From a bacterium (GTDB taxonomy: Bacteria > UBA8248 > JACPRG01 > G963555815), in NCBI GenBank assembly GCA_965261595.1, contig CBDHDG010000006.1, forward strand, positions 1,120,001-1,184,000: a stretch of 64,000 nucleotides of DNA. Reading direction: 5' to 3'. Below the pieces are notes generated by a model. It did not search any database. It worked only from the letters and a program-made list of their open reading frames with translations, and had not been told where the DNA came from. Shown in pieces: positions 1 through 10,066 of this stretch (positions within the stretch are counted from its first letter, which is position 1; the number at the start of each line of letters is the position of its first letter). A program made the position numbers and the translations under genes.

Positions 1-177
1 TCTCCGGAATGGATACAGCCGCATGGGATTCTCATCCGGCATGCGTCCGGCCTTGAAACCGGCGGATTGGCGAGGGACAGGTCCGGGTCCGTTCCAGGCG
101 ATTGGAAAGGGGGCGATGAATTTTGTATGGTAATGGGTGAGAACTGAAATTCGCGTTTTGAGGAGGACTTTATCCGG

Positions 178-837
178 ATGTCTCGCGTTTATCTGGAAGA
201 ACTCGACCGCCAGCGGGCTCGGCTCAACAACGGCGGGATGCAGTGCGTAGAGGCGTTCTTCCAGGAAGATCCGGGTGTCAACAACATGCTGCGCTGGATG
301 GACCAGCGTAATCTCCGCGAGCTTCAGATCGCCCAGGCCATGTCGGCCGCTTTCATGAAGATGGGGCCCGACATCCCCCGGGACATCTTCGTCGCCATCG
401 GCAAATTCATCCACGACGAGGTTCGCCATTTCCGCGACTTCACGCGGGTCATCGGGAAATTGCGCGCCGAATACGGCGAGACCGGCGGTCCGGTGGCCCA
501 GCTTCCCGAAGAGAAAAACTGGCACGCGGTGACGCTCGAGAACCTCAAGAAGCATTTCCTCGCCGTATTTTCGGGCTCGTACGTGGGCGAGTCGGTGGCG
601 CTGGCCGTGAACGATATCCTCATCGAAGGGTGCAGGAAGTTCGGATACAACAAGGTCGCGGACCTCTACACCGGAATCGGCCGCGACGAGGTGTTCCACG
701 TCAACCTCAACCGCCTGGTCATCGAGAAGTACGCCACCACCAGGGAAACCCAGGAAATCGTCATCGAGGTGGCGACGAAGAAGGCCGACCGGCAAATCCC
801 CGCCTGGGAAAGCCTCTACCGGGTGGATCCGGCCTGA
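178..837 (+). CDS. Ferritin-like (diiron-carboxylate) domain protein
   Basis: 219-aa ORF preceded by a GAGGAGG RBS. Two D-E-x-x-H motifs (DEVRH, DEVFH), each with an upstream Glu (RELQ, GESV), match the four-helix diiron pattern. Confidence 0.7.
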   Translation: MSRVYLEELDRQRARLNNGGMQCVEAFFQEDPGVNNMLRWMDQRNLRELQIAQAMSAAFMKMGPDIPRDIFVAIGKFIHDEVRHFRDFTRVIGKLRAEYGETGGPVAQLPEEKNWHAVTLENLKKHFLAVFSGSYVGESVALAVNDILIEGCRKFGYNKVADLYTGIGRDEVFHVNLNRLVIEKYATTRETQEIVIEVATKKADRQIPAWESLYRVDPA

Positions 838-906
838 CCGCCCGGGACCCCTGCCGGGCGTCTCCCAACATAACCCGAACCCGCTGCATCCCCCCCTCCC
901 CCCGAA

Positions 907-965
907 AGGCACTTGCGTGCCGGCCAAGCTGCGGTTGAGGCGCTTGCGCGCCGGCCAGGCTGCGG
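907..965. repeat. Tandem pair of 28-nt hairpin-containing repeats, period 31
   Basis: aggcacttgcgtgccggccaagctgcgg (907-934) and aggcgcttgcgcgccggccaggctgcgg (938-965), 3 mismatches. Confidence 0.75.
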
Positions 966-1042
966 GTGGAAGCTTGTTGCGCTCATCACAACGTCTTGGC
1001 GCACGGAAGACCTATTGCCCCATATTGTGTCCCTATTCTTGT

Positions 1043-1079
1043 CCTTTTCCAATCTGTGTAATCCGCGAAATCTGTGGAT
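1043..1079. repeat. AATCTGTGTAATC-type dispersed repeat copy
   Basis: ccttttccaatctgtgtaatccgcgaaatctgtggat closely matches the reverse complement of 31155-31191. Confidence 0.7.
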
Positions 1080-1280
1080 CGCCTTGGCCTTTGGTTCTTG
1101 GCCCGCTCCAATCCATGTAACCCCCGCCCGCGCGGGGACCGCGGCGTCGCTGGATGAGCTTCATTTGAAGCGCGCTGTCGCAGAAGCCGGTTGACCGCCG
1201 ACAAAAAGGCATTGTATTGTGAGTTGAAGCCCAAATTGAGGCTTGAAGCGGACGGTGCGATCCCAACGGAGGGAGAGGCA

Positions 1281-2312
1281 ATGAGAAAAGTGCGTTCGAT
1301 TTTCGGGATTTTGGTGGTCCTGACGTGTCTCGGGCTCATCCTTGCGAGTCTTTCATTCGTGGGGGAAGTGTCCGCGGCCAAGAAGATCGTCTTCGGGTTC
1401 GACTGGGTTCCGTACGGGAAGTATGTGGGATATTACGCCGCCCGGGAGAAGGGCTTCTACAAAGCTGCGGGGTTTGACGTGACGTTTCAGCGGGGTTACG
1501 GGGGTGCCGGTACACAGGTTGGCAATGGGAAGCAGGATTACGGCATCGAGAGTGTGGGGGGGCTTGTCATCGCCCGCAACAAGAAGGTGCCCGTGAAACT
1601 GGTCTCCATGTGGCATGAGCGCCTGATGATGAACGTGATGTTCCTCAAGAGCTCGGGCATCAAGACAGTGAAGGACCTGGAGGGAAAGAAGCTCGGTGTC
1701 ACGATTGGGGACGCCATCCACCGAAACTGGCCCATCTTCACTGAGGCTGTGGGCCTGAAGAGTTGGAACCTCGTGCCCATGCGGCCCGCGGCGAAGAACC
1801 CCAGTCTCCTGGCCAAGAAGGTGGACGCCATTCTCTCCTACGCCACAATCACCATCGCCTTGGGGGTATTGGCCAAGAAACGGGGGGAAAAAATTGGCGA
1901 GTTCCTCCTGGGAGATTATGGAGTGAATGTGGCCCAGGACGGCATTATTGCCCATGACAAGCGAATCGCGGAAAACCCCGATGAGGTCAGACGCATGGTG
2001 GCCGCAAGTCTCAAGGGCAACGCCTGGGCCATTGAACATCCGAAAGAGGGGGTGAACATCTTTCAGAAGTACATCCCCGATCAAAGCCCGCAGATGACGA
2101 CGCTTTTCTGGAACCTCAGCAGTCACTACCAGGTTTGGGGAAGCCTGAAAAAGCATGGGCTGGGGTACATCGACCGGGGCGTCATGGAATCCACCCGGAA
2201 CTCGATTGCCAAGGTTTATGGGATGAAAAATCCTCCGACGTTGGCTGATCTCTACACGACAAAGATGCTTCCGAAGGAGCTTCCCAAACCCAAGCTGCCG
2301 CCACTGATGTAA
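1281..2312 (+). CDS. ABC transporter substrate-binding protein, NMT1/THI5 (SsuA-like) family
   Basis: Signal peptide ending in VSA-A, then FDW...YYAAREKGFY..AGFDV, GIKTVKDLEGKKLG and a C-terminal LYT. RBS GGAGAGG precedes ATG 1281. Confidence 0.85.
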   Translation: MRKVRSIFGILVVLTCLGLILASLSFVGEVSAAKKIVFGFDWVPYGKYVGYYAAREKGFYKAAGFDVTFQRGYGGAGTQVGNGKQDYGIESVGGLVIARNKKVPVKLVSMWHERLMMNVMFLKSSGIKTVKDLEGKKLGVTIGDAIHRNWPIFTEAVGLKSWNLVPMRPAAKNPSLLAKKVDAILSYATITIALGVLAKKRGEKIGEFLLGDYGVNVAQDGIIAHDKRIAENPDEVRRMVAASLKGNAWAIEHPKEGVNIFQKYIPDQSPQMTTLFWNLSSHYQVWGSLKKHGLGYIDRGVMESTRNSIAKVYGMKNPPTLADLYTTKMLPKELPKPKLPPLM

Positions 2313-2377
2313 GCGTGGAAGGTGGCGAATACACGCAGGCGGTCGATTGTTCGGGCGGGGGCGGGGAGAAATGAGGG

Positions 2378-3322
2378 CTATTCTTCGAAGAGCGCCTGGA
2401 TAAAGACCTCCGGGTCGAAGGGCTGCAAGTCCTCGATGCCTTCCCCCAGCCCGACATAGCGCACGGGAAGGTCCAGCTCGTCCAGGATGCTGAGGATGAT
2501 CCCCCCCTTGGCCGTGCCGTCCAGCTTGGTCAGGATCAAACCGGTGACGCCGGCGCCCGCAAGGAACTGCCGGGCCTGGATGACGGCGTTCTGCCCCGTT
2601 GTGGCGTCCAGGACCAGGAGGACCTCGTGGGGCGCGCCCTCGATGACGCGGCCGGCCGTTCGTCCGATCTTCTCCAACTCGTCCATCAAATTCCGCCGGG
2701 TGTGAAGACGTCCGGCCGTGTCCACGATGAGGACGTCGCACGCCCGGGACAGAGCGGCCCGGGCGGCGTCGAACACGACGGCCGATGGGTCCGCGCCCGC
2801 GCTGCCCTTGACGATGTCCACGCCGGCCCGCTCGCGCCAAACATCGAGCTGCTCCACCGCGGCCGCCCGGAACGTATCGGCCGCCGCCAGGAGCACCCGC
2901 CGGCCGGCCGAAGCGTAACGGTGGGCCAGCTTCCCCACGCTCGTGGTCTTCCCCGTTCCGTTGACCCCGACCGCCACAATGACGTGAGGCTTCGAGACCG
3001 TGGGGCTCTCCTCGGCGGGGCCGCCCGGCTTTCCGGCCAGAAGCTCCCGAATCGCTTGTTCGACGCGGGCGCGAACCCCATCCGCTCCCTCAAGCTCTCC
3101 GGCCCGCTCGGCCTCTTCGATGCGTCCGATGAGGCGCATCGTCAGCGAAACGCCCAGGTCCGCCCCAATCAGGGTTTCCTCCAGATTTTCCAACAACTCC
3201 GGATCGACGCGCCCCCGGCCCGCCGCGACCCGCGCCAGGGAGCCCAGAAAGGTCTCGCGGGTCTTGGCCAGCCCCTTCCGGAACAGACGGAGCAAACCCG
3301 GTTTTTGTGATTCACCGCTCAC
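2378..3322 (-). CDS. ftsY: Signal recognition particle receptor FtsY
   Basis: [31 protein letters not shown] and [10 protein letters not shown] motifs. Probable GTG start at 3322 with an RBS. Confidence 0.96.
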   Translation of the reverse strand: MSGESQKPGLLRLFRKGLAKTRETFLGSLARVAAGRGRVDPELLENLEETLIGADLGVSLTMRLIGRIEEAERAGELEGADGVRARVEQAIRELLAGKPGGPAEESPTVSKPHVIVAVGVNGTGKTTSVGKLAHRYASAGRRVLLAAADTFRAAAVEQLDVWRERAGVDIVKGSAGADPSAVVFDAARAALSRACDVLIVDTAGRLHTRRNLMDELEKIGRTAGRVIEGAPHEVLLVLDATTGQNAVIQARQFLAGAGVTGLILTKLDGTAKGGIILSILDELDLPVRYVGLGEGIEDLQPFDPEVFIQALFEE

Positions 3323-3410
3323 CGCGCAAACTTCTCCCGCCCGGGTGTGTTCATGCTGCCGGATCCATGGGGTTGAGTCGGTCGGGGGGACCTTGCCGGG
3401 CGGAAACGAA

Positions 3411-6400
3411 TCACCCGCCCGAAGGGAGCGGGGATTCCGCCGGAAGCTTTTCGGACGGCTCTGTTTCGGATTCATCCGGACCGTCGCCGGCCGCGGGGGC
3501 GCCGTTGGTCTCGCCCGACTCGATGGATGAAACCTTCTCGAGCGCCGGCGGGCCGTGCCGGCCGTTTCCTTCGGATTCATCGATCGGCTCGATGGTGGCC
3601 CACCGGTCTTCGGCCGAAGGCTCCGCGTCCGTTTCCACCGCGGGGGTGGGAAGCGGGTGAGGCGAGGCGCCGCTTTCGGCCCCGGGCGCGTCGTCTTCCG
3701 TCCGGGGGCTCATCCGGTTCAGGTCCACCGACACCACCCCGGAGACGCCCTTCTCGATCATGGTCACGCCGTAGAGGACGTCCGCGAAGGACATGGTTCG
3801 CTTGTTGTGGGTGATGATGATGAACTGGGTCTTCAGGGAGAGCTCGCGAAGGACATCGATGAAACGGGCGACGTTGTGGTCGTCCAGCGTGGCGTCCACC
3901 TCATCCAGCAGGCAGAACGGGCTCGGGTGATAGCGGAAGATGGCGAAGAGCAGGGAAATGGCCGTGAGGGCCTTCTCTCCCGCCGAAAGCAGAAGGATGT
4001 TTCCCAGCTTCTTTCCGGGGGGCTGGACCATGATGTCCACCCCCGTCTTCAGCAGGTTGCTCTCGTCCGAGAGGACCAGGGCGGCCCGGCCCCCGCCAAA
4101 CAGCCGCCGAAAGACCTCCGAGAAGGTTTCGCTGATCGCGTCGAAGGCGGTTTTGAAGCGCTGGCGGGTGGTCCGGTTGATCCGGTCGATGGTGTCGTGG
4201 AGGGTCTGAATCGACGAGACCAGGTCCTCCTGTTGGCCTTTGAGGAACTGATAGCGCTCGTTGAGCTGCTCAAACTCGCTCAGGGCGCCCATGTTCACGT
4301 CGCCCATTCGTCTCATGCGGTCTTGCAGGGAAGTCGCCTCTTCGCGCAGGGATTCCCGCTCCTCGTCCGGCAGATCGGCCTCCTCCGGGCTGATGGTGAC
4401 GGCGGCCAGGTCGACGCCGTACGAAATCTGGGCGCGCTGGCAGAGCAGGTCCCGTTCCACCTTGAGCTGCGATAGGCTCTCCGAAATCGCCTCCAACTCT
4501 TCCTGGAGGGCGGCGGTCCGGTCCTGGAGGCCGCGGGCGCGCTCCTGGGTTTCCCGCAGGAAAGCCTGGTCGGCGGCAATCGCCTCCTCAAGGTCCTTCG
4601 CCTCGGTCCCCCAGGTCTCCCGGTGGTCGTGGATCTCCCGGATCCGCTCGCGGGCCTGAAGGTCCGACTGCCCCAACGCCTCCAGCCGGGCGCGATCGGA
4701 CTCGGCGTTTTCCCCCAACCGATCCATCCGTCCGCGAATCTCGCGGCAGCGCTCTTCGAACCGTTGAACTTCGGCCGTCCGGTTGTTGGCGCGCGCCCGC
4801 ACTTCAGCGAGCGCTTCGCGCTGTGAAGCCACCGATTCGGCCGCTTGCTCGACTTTTTCGCGTCCCTCCGCCAAGGCGCTCGCGCCGTCTCGGACGCACG
4901 CCTCCGCTTCCGTGCACTCTTTGCCGATTTGATCGAGGGTTTCCCGCGTCCGGCGCATGCTCTCGCCCAGGGCGTCCCCTTCCTCCGCCATCCGCTCCAA
5001 TTCTTGGTGTGACGCTTCCAGGCCATCGCCGAGGCGGGAAACGCCCGCTTCCAGGCCCTCCATCTCCCGGCGGATTTCCGCCAGATCGGATTCCGCTTCC
5101 CGGGCCGCCCGAAGGCAATCCTCCAGCATCCCGGCGAGACCCGCCCGGTGTTCCTTTTCCCCCTCCCGGGCCGCCTCCGCACGGTCGATTTCTTCCCGCA
5201 GACCGGCGGTCTTGGTCTTCAGGCCCTCGATTTCCTTGCGGCGCTGAAGGGGACCGGCGCCCAGCGTTCCGGCCGACGTGATTCCCGAGGGGTGCAGGAC
5301 CTCGCCCGCCCGGGTCACCAGCACGCCGACCTCCCCGCCCCGTTTCCACAGGGAGATCGCCGCGTCGAAATCCCGGACCACCCGAACGCCGTCCAACAAC
5401 CTCCGGACGAGGGAAGCGAACTCGGCCGGCGCCCGGACGAAGTCGGCCGCATTCCCCAAGATTCCGGCGCCTTTGAGCTGCGGGGCGGCGAACGGCGGGC
5501 AATACCCTTCGTAATAAACCGGGGGGGATGACCCGCCTGCCGGCCGAACCCGGAGGTCCTTCGGAATCAGGGCGCCCCGGCCCGCGCCGGACTTGCGGAG
5601 GTGCTCGACGGCGTCTCTCACCTCGGACGGCCCTTCGACGACGGCCCCCTGGAGTCGTTCTCCCAGGACCGCTTCGATCGCGATCTCGTAACCCGGCTGA
5701 ACCTCCATGAGGTCGGCCAGGGGGGAGAGGATTTCGCCCGGCCACCCCTTCCACCCGGAGCCGTCCATGGACCGCGCCAACCCCTCTAGGGCGGTCAACG
5801 AAGAGGACTGGGAGGCGAGATCTTCTTTCAGCCGATACATGGCCTCCTGCGTCCGGGCGAGGCCGGCGGTCTTTTCTTCCAGCTCCCCGCGAAGCGCCGC
5901 TTCCCGGGCGCGCACGTCTTCGAGCGCGGCGGACGCCTCTTCCGAGCGGCGTTCGGCCGATTCCAGGCGGGACTGCGTTTCTTTTTGTCTCTGCCGGTCG
6001 CGCGCGCGCTCCGCGTCCACTTGCGCCTTGCGCCGGTCCAGCGAGCTCAGTTGATCCTGGAACGACTGGATCTGGATTTCCGCGCGGGTGAACCGGCCGG
6101 CCAGCTCGTGCACCCGGGATTTTTCAGCCTCTATCGATTCCTCACGGGCGGTCTGCCCGCTCCGGGTTTCCCGCAATTCGCTCTGGCGGCGCGACAACTC
6201 CTGTTCGGTCTCCCGCACGGTGTGGTTTTGCCGCTCCGCCTCTCCCCGGGCACGCTCAAGGGACTCGGCGGCGGCGGTGAGCTCGGCCTGGAGGGCGTTC
6301 CCCTCCTCCTTGCGCGTTTCGGCGGCGGTTTCCAGGGCTTCCCGCTGCTCCAGGTAAAGCTCGATCCGCGTCTCGAGCCGGTGGGCCTCGGCGTCCCCGT

Positions 6401-7283
6401 CCCGGATCCGCGTGAGCAGGCGGCCCAGGGTCTCCTCGCGCAGCGCCATCTGGTGGCGGCGCTCTTCGGCGGCCCCGTCCGCGGCGGACCATTCGGCGCG
6501 CAGCTCGGCCTCCTCGCGTTTTCGCTCGTCGTAGGCCTTTTGCTTCGGGGCGATGTGCTGATCCAGGGCCGCGTAGTCGGCGCGCAGGAGCCGGCCGTCC
6601 ACCTCCCGGAGCCGGTCCTGGATTTCCTTGTACTGGGAGGCCCGCTTGGCCTGGCGTTCCAGCGAGCGGGTTTGACGCTCCACTTCCCCTACGATGTCGT
6701 TGATGCGGTCCAGGTTGTCCTGGGCCGCCCGGAGCTTGCGGAGGGCCTCGTTTCGCCGGGTCTTGTACTTCATAATCCCGGCCGCTTCTTCGATGACCTC
6801 CCGGCGGTCTTCCACCCGGGTCGTCAAGAGGGCCTCGATCCGCCCCTGCTCGACGATGGAAAAGGAATGCGTGTTGAGCCCGGTGTCCATGAAGAGGTCC
6901 ACGACGTCGCGGAGGCGGGTGGTTTTCTGATTGATGAGGTATTCGCTGTCGCCGGAGCGGTAGAGCCTTCGGGTCACCCGGACGGTGTCCTCGACCGCCC
7001 ATTGGGCCGACAGGCGGCTTGAGATGTCCGACAGCGTCATCGTGACCTCGGCCATCGCGGCCGGACGCCGGCCATCGCTGCCGTTGAAGATCATATCTTC
7101 CATCCGCTTTCCGCGGAGAGTCTTCGGCTGCTGCTCCCCCAGCACCCAGCGGATGGCGTCCACGACGTTGCTCTTGCCGCACCCGTTGGGGCCGACAATG
7201 CCCGCTACGCCCGATCCGAACTCCAACTGGGTCCGTTCGATGAAGGATTTGAATCCCTGAAGCTCGATCCGCTCGATGCGCAT
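3411..7283 (-). CDS. smc: Chromosome segregation protein SMC
   Basis: GFKSF, Walker A GPNGCGKSN, long coiled coils, hinge, LSAGEK signature and Walker B LLDEVDATLD. Confidence 0.97.
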   Translation of the reverse strand: MRIERIELQGFKSFIERTQLEFGSGVAGIVGPNGCGKSNVVDAIRWVLGEQQPKTLRGKRMEDMIFNGSDGRRPAAMAEVTMTLSDISSRLSAQWAVEDTVRVTRRLYRSGDSEYLINQKTTRLRDVVDLFMDTGLNTHSFSIVEQGRIEALLTTRVEDRREVIEEAAGIMKYKTRRNEALRKLRAAQDNLDRINDIVGEVERQTRSLERQAKRASQYKEIQDRLREVDGRLLRADYAALDQHIAPKQKAYDERKREEAELRAEWSAADGAAEERRHQMALREETLGRLLTRIRDGDAEAHRLETRIELYLEQREALETAAETRKEEGNALQAELTAAAESLERARGEAERQNHTVRETEQELSRRQSELRETRSGQTAREESIEAEKSRVHELAGRFTRAEIQIQSFQDQLSSLDRRKAQVDAERARDRQRQKETQSRLESAERRSEEASAALEDVRAREAALRGELEEKTAGLARTQEAMYRLKEDLASQSSSLTALEGLARSMDGSGWKGWPGEILSPLADLMEVQPGYEIAIEAVLGERLQGAVVEGPSEVRDAVEHLRKSGAGRGALIPKDLRVRPAGGSSPPVYYEGYCPPFAAPQLKGAGILGNAADFVRAPAEFASLVRRLLDGVRVVRDFDAAISLWKRGGEVGVLVTRAGEVLHPSGITSAGTLGAGPLQRRKEIEGLKTKTAGLREEIDRAEAAREGEKEHRAGLAGMLEDCLRAAREAESDLAEIRREMEGLEAGVSRLGDGLEASHQELERMAEEGDALGESMRRTRETLDQIGKECTEAEACVRDGASALAEGREKVEQAAESVASQREALAEVRARANNRTAEVQRFEERCREIRGRMDRLGENAESDRARLEALGQSDLQARERIREIHDHRETWGTEAKDLEEAIAADQAFLRETQERARGLQDRTAALQEELEAISESLSQLKVERDLLCQRAQISYGVDLAAVTISPEEADLPDEERESLREEATSLQDRMRRMGDVNMGALSEFEQLNERYQFLKGQQEDLVSSIQTLHDTIDRINRTTRQRFKTAFDAISETFSEVFRRLFGGGRAALVLSDESNLLKTGVDIMVQPPGKKLGNILLLSAGEKALTAISLLFAIFRYHPSPFCLLDEVDATLDDHNVARFIDVLRELSLKTQFIIITHNKRTMSFADVLYGVTMIEKGVSGVVSVDLNRMSPRTEDDAPGAESGASPHPLPTPAVETDAEPSAEDRWATIEPIDESEGNGRHGPPALEKVSSIESGETNGAPAAGDGPDESETEPSEKLPAESPLPSGG

Positions 7284-7358
7284 GACACCCCCTAACCAAA
7301 AATCCTCAACTTACATCAAGACCATTGTATCCATGTGAGGCCCGGATGAAAAGCGCTA

Positions 7359-7406
7359 ATACAACAATTTGTGGATCGATCCGGATTTTTCCACTACATC
7401 TAGAGG
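7359..7406. promoter_or_regulatory. Tandem NrdR-box-like operators upstream of smc
   Basis: atacaacaatttgtgg (7359-7374) and ccactacatctagagg (7391-7406) fit the consensus acaCwAtATaTwGtgt. Their starts are 32 bp apart. Confidence 0.65.
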
Positions 7407-7604
7407 TTCGGTGATATCGCGACGGATCATGCTTCGTTGAGGCCCGGCGAGGAACAGCCTTGGGCAAGGGGGCGGGCCGGGAATAGGTCCGGGCCTTGAT
7501 GCGTCCTTGACCATCGGGGCAATGTCTTAGGATGAAGTCAGACGGGCAGTCCTGAAAATCGATGGACCTCGGGGGCCGCCACCCCTCGGGGGGCCCCGCC
7601 CCCA

Positions 7605-8306
7605 CTATTGCTGGAGGATCTCCAGTCCGTTTTTGGCGGCTTGCTGCTCGGCGATCTTCTTGCTCGTCCCGGCGCCGGTTGCCACCGTCTCGCCCTGAAT
7701 TTCCACTGCGATTTCAAACACCTTTTCGTGCTCGGGCCCGTCTTCGCGCAGGACTTTGTAAACCGGGATCGATTTCCTGGATCGCTGGACGAATTCCTGA
7801 AATTGACTCTTGAAGTCCAGGTGGGGGTCCATTTCGCGGTCGAACAGTTTCCGGATGAAGCCGGTCGCGCCCGCGTAACCGCCGTCGAGAAAGATGGCCC
7901 CCGTTAACGCCTCCAAGGCGTTGGCGCCCAGGGAGGCTTTGTGGCGTCCGCCGGTCGCGGTCTCCCCTTTGCCCAGACGCAGATAGGCCCCCAATTCAAG
8001 GACCCGGGCCATCTTCGCCAGGTGGTTGGCGCTCACGAGGCGTGAGCGGATCTTCGACAACTCCCCCTCGTTGGCGCCCGGGAGCTCCACGAAATATTGT
8101 TCGCTGAGGACAAGCCCCAGAACGGCGTCGCCGAGAAACTCGAGCCGTTCGTTGTGCGGCCGTTTCCGTCGTTTTTCGTTGGCGTAGGAACGGTGCGTCA
8201 GAGAGGCTTCCAAGAGGTCGATGTTGCGGAACTCATACCCCAGGCGTCGCTGAAGTACCGAAAGCTGTTCGATCCGTTCCGTGGAAAGTTCCGAATCATC
8301 CGCCAT
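7605..8306 (-). CDS. rnc: Ribonuclease III
   Basis: LTHRSY, NERLEFLGDAVL signature and a C-terminal dsRBD (GPEHEKVF...SKKIAEQQAA). ATG 8306 overlaps the end of fabF. Confidence 0.96.
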   Translation of the reverse strand: MADDSELSTERIEQLSVLQRRLGYEFRNIDLLEASLTHRSYANEKRRKRPHNERLEFLGDAVLGLVLSEQYFVELPGANEGELSKIRSRLVSANHLAKMARVLELGAYLRLGKGETATGGRHKASLGANALEALTGAIFLDGGYAGATGFIRKLFDREMDPHLDFKSQFQEFVQRSRKSIPVYKVLREDGPEHEKVFEIAVEIQGETVATGAGTSKKIAEQQAAKNGLEILQQ

Positions 8307-9549
8307 TGAGGCCGCGCTGAAGGACAATGGATGCGTTGGTTCCGCCAAATCCGAAGGAGTTGGTCAGAGCGAATTTCGCGTTGGTTTCCCGCGCCTCGTT
8401 CGGCACGTAATCCAGGTCACACTCCGGGTCGGGGTCTTCCAGGTTGATCGTGGGCGGGATCACGCCCCGGTCCATGGCGAGGAGGGTGAAGATCATCTCA
8501 ATGCCGCCGGCGCCGCCCAATAGATGACCCGTCATGGATTTGGTGGATCCCACCGGAATTTTATAGGCGGATTCGCCGAAAACGGTCTTGATGGCGTTGG
8601 TTTCATTGACGTCCCCTTGAGGGGTCCCCGTGCCGTGGGCGTTGATGTACCCGACATCTTCCGGTGCAATCCCGGCGTCCTTGAGCGAGCGCTGCATGCA
8701 CCGGGCTGCGCCGTCGCCGACGGGGTCCGGCTGGGTCATGTGGTGGGCGTCCCCGCTCATGCCATAACCCACCACCTCCCCGTAAATGCGGGCGCCGCGC
8801 TTCTTGGCGTATTCCAATTCTTCCAGGATGACGACGCCGGCCCCCTCGCCGATGACGAAACCGCTGCGGGAAGCGTCAAAGGGACGGGAGGCTTTTTCAG
8901 CCGGTTCATTGTGCGTCGAGAGGGCGCGCATGGCCGCAAATCCCCCAACCGCCAGCGGGGAGATCACCGATTCGCTGCTGCCCGCGATCATCGCCACGGC
9001 GTCTCCGCGCTCGATCAGCCGGGCGGCATCGCCGATGCAGTGATTGCCGGTGGCGCAGGCCGTGCAGATACAGGCGTTCGGACCCCGGGCGTTATGCCGC
9101 ATGGAGATCATGCCCGAGGACATGTTGGCGATGAGGCCCGGGATGAAGAACGGGGTGATCCGGCTGGGACCTCTCTCTTGCAGGACGGTGTGAATCTTCT
9201 CCAGCATCGGCAGACCGCCCAGGCCCGCCCCGACCATCACACCGACGTCATCGCCGTTGGAATCATCGATCCGCAGGCCCGAATCCTCCAGCGCTTCCTG
9301 TGTGGCCGCCATGGCGAAATGGATGAACTGGTCCACCCGCTTGATCTCTTTCTTTTCCATGAAATTTTCGGCATTGAAATCGCGGACTTCCCCCGCCACG
9401 TGGCAACTGTACTCGGAGCTGTCGAAATAGGTGATCGGGCCAATCCCCGATTTGCCCGCGACCAACGCCGACCACGTCGTTTCCACGTTGTTGCCAATCG
9501 GCGTGACCAAACCCATTCCTGTAATGGCGACTTTGTGTCCGTTTTTCAT
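8296..9549 (-). CDS. fabF: 3-oxoacyl-ACP synthase II
   Basis: TACATG, NAHGTGT, KSMTGHLLG and NSFGFGGTN motifs. Confidence 0.97.
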   Translation of the reverse strand: MKNGHKVAITGMGLVTPIGNNVETTWSALVAGKSGIGPITYFDSSEYSCHVAGEVRDFNAENFMEKKEIKRVDQFIHFAMAATQEALEDSGLRIDDSNGDDVGVMVGAGLGGLPMLEKIHTVLQERGPSRITPFFIPGLIANMSSGMISMRHNARGPNACICTACATGNHCIGDAARLIERGDAVAMIAGSSESVISPLAVGGFAAMRALSTHNEPAEKASRPFDASRSGFVIGEGAGVVILEELEYAKKRGARIYGEVVGYGMSGDAHHMTQPDPVGDGAARCMQRSLKDAGIAPEDVGYINAHGTGTPQGDVNETNAIKTVFGESAYKIPVGSTKSMTGHLLGGAGGIEMIFTLLAMDRGVIPPTINLEDPDPECDLDYVPNEARETNAKFALTNSFGFGGTNASIVLQRGLNGG

Positions 9550-9762
9550 CTTTCCACCCGCTGTTCCTTATGCGAGGTTCGTCCCGAAAGACCCTTTCCG
9601 CCCGAAGGACGATCCCGCAAGCCCGCTAGCCGGACGAGCCCGCGGCAGCCATATCCGAACATGCGCTCTTCACATGCGCTCTTCCGGCCCGTCCTCGCGT
9701 TGGAACCGCTTGATTGAGTTTTCGCTTCATTCACTTCTGAACCGCATATCAAACATCGGGGT

Positions 9763-10017
9763 TTACTTGATCTCGATCCTGTGTTCATCCACGTAAGCGA
9801 TCATATCCTTCACGGTCGTGACCTTCTCGACATCCTCGTCCGGGATGTCCACGCCGTATTCCTCTTCCAAAGCCATCACGAGCTCGACGGTGTCCAGCGA
9901 ATCGGCGCCCAGATCCTCGATGAAAGAGGCCTCGTTCGTCACCTTTTCGATGTCAACACCCAGTTGCTCAGCGATCAACGCCTTGATTTTCCCTACGGTC
10001 TCTTCCGGTAACGCCAC
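9763..10017 (-). CDS. acpP: Acyl carrier protein
   Basis: [14 protein letters not shown] phosphopantetheine site. AGGAGG RBS precedes GTG 10017. Confidence 0.97.
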   Translation of the reverse strand: MALPEETVGKIKALIAEQLGVDIEKVTNEASFIEDLGADSLDTVELVMALEEEYGVDIPDEDVEKVTTVKDMIAYVDEHRIEIK

Positions 10018-10066
10018 ACCCAAACCTCCTTTTACGCTGACCTGACCGCCTCAGAGAAGCGGGAGG

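Noticed and set aside
907..965. Possible mini CRISPR array
   Set aside because: Only two units separated by 3 nt, with no spacer-sized unique sequence and no cas genes.
9550..9762. Possible ncRNA or small ORF between acpP and fabF
   Set aside because: Only short GC-rich stems and no recognisable RNA family motif. The 80-aa ORF has no supporting features.
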